64,000 bases of DNA. Origin: an uncultured candidatus Porisulfidus sp. GTDB taxonomy: Bacteria; Pseudomonadota; Gammaproteobacteria; Poriferisulfidales; Poriferisulfidaceae. A model generated the notes under the pieces. That model ran no database searches. It was not told the origin of the DNA and was given only the letters and a program-made list of their open reading frames with translations. The DNA lies in the NCBI GenBank assembly GCA_965199755.1, contig CBDASZ010000001.1:384001-448000 (forward strand). Reading direction: 5' to 3'. Each line of letters opens with the position of its first letter. Position 1 is the stretch's first letter. The position numbers and the translations under genes were made by a program. This document shows positions 60,239 to 64,000 of the stretch, piece by piece.

Positions 60239-62368
60239 GTTGCGGGTAGCCCCAAAAAAGATTTGACCTACAATCTGTCATCGTGTTTTCAGTTTAGCCC
60301 CAAAAAAGATTTGACCTACAATGCGCCCCGTTGCCGATGGCTCCTTGTTGCGGGTAGCCCCAAAAAAGATTTGACCTACAATTGGTGGATCCGTTGTTTT
60401 TATGGCGGCACCGTGTTGCGGGTAGCCCCAAAAAAGATTTGACCTACAATGCAATGCGGCAACGGCGTCGGTGATGTCCTGTTGCGGGTAGCCCCAAAAA
60501 AGATTTGACCTACAATTGAATTGAACGTCGGTGTCGGCACTTGTGCGTTGCGGGTAGCCCCAAAAAAGATTTGACCTACAATCTACTGATGATAGTCAGC
60601 GTGTCGAATCAAGTTGCGGGTAGCCCCAAAAAAGATTTGACCTACAATGGAAGCCGTTTCAGCCGCCGCCGACGTATACGGTTGCGGGTAGCCCCAAAAA
60701 AGATTTGACCTACAATCACCCGCGAATAACCTACATCGGGATGCCGGCCGTTGCGGGTAGCCCCAAAAAAGATTTGACCTACAATCATGCCGGCAAAGCC
60801 GTGAATGGCGTCGTGGTTGCGGGTAGCCCCAAAAAAGATTTGACCTACAATCTTTCTGACAATCAGAGCCCCGAATCGGATGCGCGCCCGAGCCAGGTTG
60901 CGGGTAGCCCCAAAAAAGATTTGACCTACAATCCGCTGTGCCGACATGGGAGAAGATCGCTGTTAAGAACTGTGAATTGTTGCGGGTAGCCCCAAAAAAG
61001 ATTTGACCTACAATCCGCAGAGTTGCTCAGCCAAAAAAGATTTGCCGCGGCTTACCCAGCGGCCCGCAAGTTGCGGGTAGCCCCAAAAAAGATTTGACCT
61101 ACAATCGCCAGAAATGCGCCGCCGCCAAAAAAGATTTTACGACCGGTACGTTGTTGCGGGTAGCCCCAAAAAAGATTTGACCTACAATGCGCGCGGTTGT
61201 AGACGCGAAATCGCAAGCTGTTGCGGGTAGCCCCAAAAAAGATTTGACCTACAATTGCGGATGGTCTGGCGGGCACTCTACAATCTTCTTCATTAGTTGC
61301 GGGTAGCCCCAAAAAAGATTTGACCTACAATGATCGGCCCGGTTATACGCGCAATGCTGTTGTTGCGGGTAGCCCCAAAAAAGATTTGACCTACAATTGT
61401 CACGTCACTCCTTTAGTTGCGGGTACGGCTGGGCGGCGTGGTTGCGGGTAGCCCCAAAAAAGATTTGACCTACAATTCAATCAGCCCGGCGGCTCATGTT
61501 GCGGGTAGCCCCAAAAAAGATTTGACCTACAATCGCTATTGATGCCAGGATTCGCAATTGCGTTGCGGGTAGCCCCAAAAAAGATTTGACCTACAATCTC
61601 AATTCAGCCGGGTATGCGGCGACAATATTCGCGGGTTGTTGCGGGTAGCCCCAAAAAAGATTTGACCTACAATGACATTGGGTCCCCGCAAATTGGCACC
61701 GGCACGTGCTGATGTTGCGGGTAGCCCCGATTTGACCTACATGTCAAAATAGTTGCGGGTAGCCCCAAAAAAGATTTGACCTACAATAAACTAACGGCGG
61801 GCTGCAAAAGCCGTGTTGCGTTGCGGGTAGCCCCAAAAAAGATTTGACCTACAAATGAACCTGCGCGCCGTTGCGGGTAGCCCCAAAAAAGATTTGACCT
61901 ACAATGCGGATCTGGGAGGGGCTTCATGTTGCGGGTAGCCCCAAAAAAGATTTGACCTACAATGCCGCCGTCGCTCGAGGATCCCTCAGTGAACCAGTTG
62001 CGGGTAGCCCCAAAAAAGATTTGACCTACAATTCAGCGGGATTGCCGCGCCAGGTTGCGGGTAGCCCCAAAAAAGATTTGACCTACAATGCCAAAGAGGC
62101 GATGCCAGTGTTAGGCGGTTCAATGTTGCGGGTAGCCCCAAAAAAGATTTGACCTACAATTGGCGAAGATAATCTGCAGATAGCATGCGCTGCAGGTTGC
62201 GGGTAGCCCCAAAAAAGATTTGACCTACAATCCAGATTGGCACGGCATATTGCCCCGCAACACTGTTGCGGGTAGCCCCAAAAAAGATTTGACCTACAAT
62301 TGGCGCCGCCTTAAACTGCCGGTATGCGCGGCGTTGCGGGTAGCCCCAAAAAAGATTTGACCTACAAT
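60239..62368 (+). CRISPR. Type II-C CRISPR array, ~32 repeats
   Basis: 36-nt repeat GTTGCGGGTAGCCCCAAAAAAGATTTGACCTACAAT; two internally deleted copies (60292-60322, 61714-61742); spacers 9-55 nt. Confidence 0.98.
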
Positions 62369-62372
62369 ACCT

Positions 62373-62411
62373 CGGCCGCAAGTATCTGATTCGCATCAGA
62401 ACTTGCGGTCG
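62373..62411. other. Long hairpin between array and cas2 (leader element/bidirectional terminator)
   Basis: CGGCCGCAAGT-A-TCTGAT-TCGC-ATCAGA-ACTTGCGGTCG. Confidence 0.65.
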
Positions 62412-62440
62412 CTTGGGCGGCAAAAATTGCTTCCATTTCT

Positions 62441-62785
62441 TCAAAACAGAATAAGTTGTTCTTTTTTTGCGGGGCTTTTCCTTTCGCGGTTCTCAATTAA
62501 GCGGATATTTTCGTACTGTTTGTCGGTGATGGTCAGGATATGAATTGAGCCCTTCGGAGGGGGATCTTGCATGATCTTCCGTTCCATGGAATCGATGGCT
62601 TCTTTCCCGTCGAGGAGTCTGTAATAGACAGAATACTGAGCCATGTGAAACCCTTGATCGAGCAAAGATTTACGAAACTTGGTAGCATACTTGCGCTCCT
62701 TTTTCTTCAGAGTCGGCAGGTCAAACATCACTAGCATCCACAAAACTTTGTATCCGCTAATCCAAGTTCGTGCTCTGAGGGCCAT
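62441..62785 (-). CDS. cas2: CRISPR-associated endonuclease Cas2
   Basis: MLVMFDLPT, F..LL..GF.M.QYSVY, ITDKQY. Confidence 0.96.
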   Translation of the reverse strand: MALRARTWISGYKVLWMLVMFDLPTLKKKERKYATKFRKSLLDQGFHMAQYSVYYRLLDGKEAIDSMERKIMQDPPPKGSIHILTITDKQYENIRLIENRERKSPAKKEQLILF

Positions 62786-62816
62786 GTTGAATTTGAGAGT
62801 TTCTGTATTTCTTGAC

Positions 62817-63734
62817 TCATAGCAGTTGACCAGGTTCTCGTACTTTCGCGATTGTCAGAGAAACTTGTTTATTCGCCACGCTTCCTGCGAAAGACTGAGC
62901 GAGCCTTGCCAAGCAGTTGCTGACTGGGGAAGCACCTATCTCTAAAATCATGTCTTCCCGCAAGACAGCAGCGATAGCACGCTTCTTTTCAACGTCCAGT
63001 TTAGGAGATTCTTCCGCATAGTTATCTTTGGCAATCGAGTCCACAAGAGGTCTGAACGGTTCCATTAGATCGTCAACAAGTGAAAACATGTTTACTCTGG
63101 TTCCATGATGAATTCCTAAAGCTGGATGTAGTCCAGCCGCACACACAGCTCTGGCGGTTGCCGCACGCAGTATCGTGTATCCATAGTTCAGATAGGTATT
63201 GATACCAGATAAAGTTTTGTTGCGCCGGAAATTTGCCCCCATCAGGGCACGCCAATATAACTTTGCTGCCTGTGCCTCTGTGTTGTCGGGGTCCCCGGAT
63301 TTGGTTTTTTTCTTCAAAACCTTAAGGCGTTTGATCGCATTTGTTTTTGGGCAGTGTCTCTCCAGTATGACTGACTGATTGTCAATTTTGGACTGGACGA
63401 TTGTTTTCCAAAGTCTTTTCTGTAGTGGTTTAGAGGTATTAATCTGGTCGCGCAAAATGCCTGCTGCTTCAAAGTGTGCTGAAAACGGAAGAGTGAAAGA
63501 AATAGGGTGCCAGTTTTTCCCACAGATCACAATGAGTGCCTTGCGCTCAGCGAGTTCTACCATCAGATTTTTTGACAATGTGATCTGCGGGCCAGAAAGT
63601 ATTAAGGCATCGATATCTTCAAGCGGGACTTTGCCCAATTCTGCTTTGGTGTCCCGCTCCGCAACCTTGAGGAATCCCCGATATACAGATAAATGGCGGC
63701 CTTCGTGGGAGATTTCCACCAACCCTCCGATCAT
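62817..63734 (-). CDS. cas1: CRISPR-associated endonuclease Cas1 (type II)
   Basis: SGDPDNTEAQAA, LNYGY.ILR, GIHH, DDLMEPFRP. Confidence 0.97.
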   Translation of the reverse strand: MIGGLVEISHEGRHLSVYRGFLKVAERDTKAELGKVPLEDIDALILSGPQITLSKNLMVELAERKALIVICGKNWHPISFTLPFSAHFEAAGILRDQINTSKPLQKRLWKTIVQSKIDNQSVILERHCPKTNAIKRLKVLKKKTKSGDPDNTEAQAAKLYWRALMGANFRRNKTLSGINTYLNYGYTILRAATARAVCAAGLHPALGIHHGTRVNMFSLVDDLMEPFRPLVDSIAKDNYAEESPKLDVEKKRAIAAVLREDMILEIGASPVSNCLARLAQSFAGSVANKQVSLTIAKVREPGQLL

Positions 63735-64000
63735 TTCAATCCCCTTACTCTGCCGTCAGGAGTTACATGAATTTTCCGAAGCCCCATCTGGCCAAGCGGA
63801 TTGATACCAACATAGTTTTGGGATTTGGTAGCATCAAGATGAGGCACGACGTCAAGTCTGTTATTTGTAGTTGAAAAGCCTGCCACTCTGGCAATATGAA
63901 CTTTCCCATTACTCTTATACGTAATCATGTCGTCTTTGAACAAGCGACATACAAACTTTGCTGCAGGATGAGGTTTCTCTCTATTGTGATCTGGCGCACC
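63731..64000 (-). CDS. cas9: C-terminus of type II-C Cas9 (partial)
   Basis: HPAAKFVCRLFKDDM..RKIHVTPDGRV, ATGA overlap with cas1; no csn2 or cas4 between cas2 and the array. Confidence 0.85.
   Translation of the reverse strand, partial: GAPDHNREKPHPAAKFVCRLFKDDMITYKSNGKVHIARVAGFSTTNNRLDVVPHLDATKSQNYVGINPLGQMGLRKIHVTPDGRVRGLK

Noticed and set aside
60275-62332. Self-targeting spacers within the window
   Set aside because: No convincing full-length match seen; needs a BLAST search
60158-62444. ORFs with repeated [12 protein letters not shown] or [12 protein letters not shown]
   Set aside because: Translations of the CRISPR repeats
60203-62816. tracrRNA anti-repeat near the array or cas2
   Set aside because: No extended complement to the repeat found by eye; probably beyond cas9, outside the window

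Overview
GC-rich gammaproteobacterial chromosome segment, mostly housekeeping genes: trmB-thiG-thiS, two metY-family paralogues, ispG, bioD-mutM, ggt-coaD-glnE, purMN, hda, tolC, holA-proA-prfB-lysS, ygfZ, xseB, slt, anmK-mepM-tyrS, an aa3 cytochrome c oxidase cluster, trxA, tRNA-fMet, yccA, ratAB, bamE-recN-nadK, grpE-dnaK-dnaJ-dapB and tRNA-Ser. Accessory features: (1) an NYN RNase gene preceded by a ~180-nt densely base-paired leader that sequesters its RBS (candidate RNase/ncRNA module); (2) an AT-richer defence islet at 30.2-35.7 kb: DrmB/DUF1998-like C-terminal remnant, NERD-SF1 helicase, HTH-Dcm methylase, Vsr, EcoRII-type REase, ImmA-like remnant; (3) two orphan ICE-type genes beside tRNA-fMet; (4) a type II-C CRISPR-Cas locus (cas9 3' end, cas1, cas2, ~32-repeat array) abutting tRNA-Ser, with very irregular spacers containing repeat fragments; (5) a frameshifted TonB-receptor remnant. 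All assignments come from motif recognition by eye, with no database searches.
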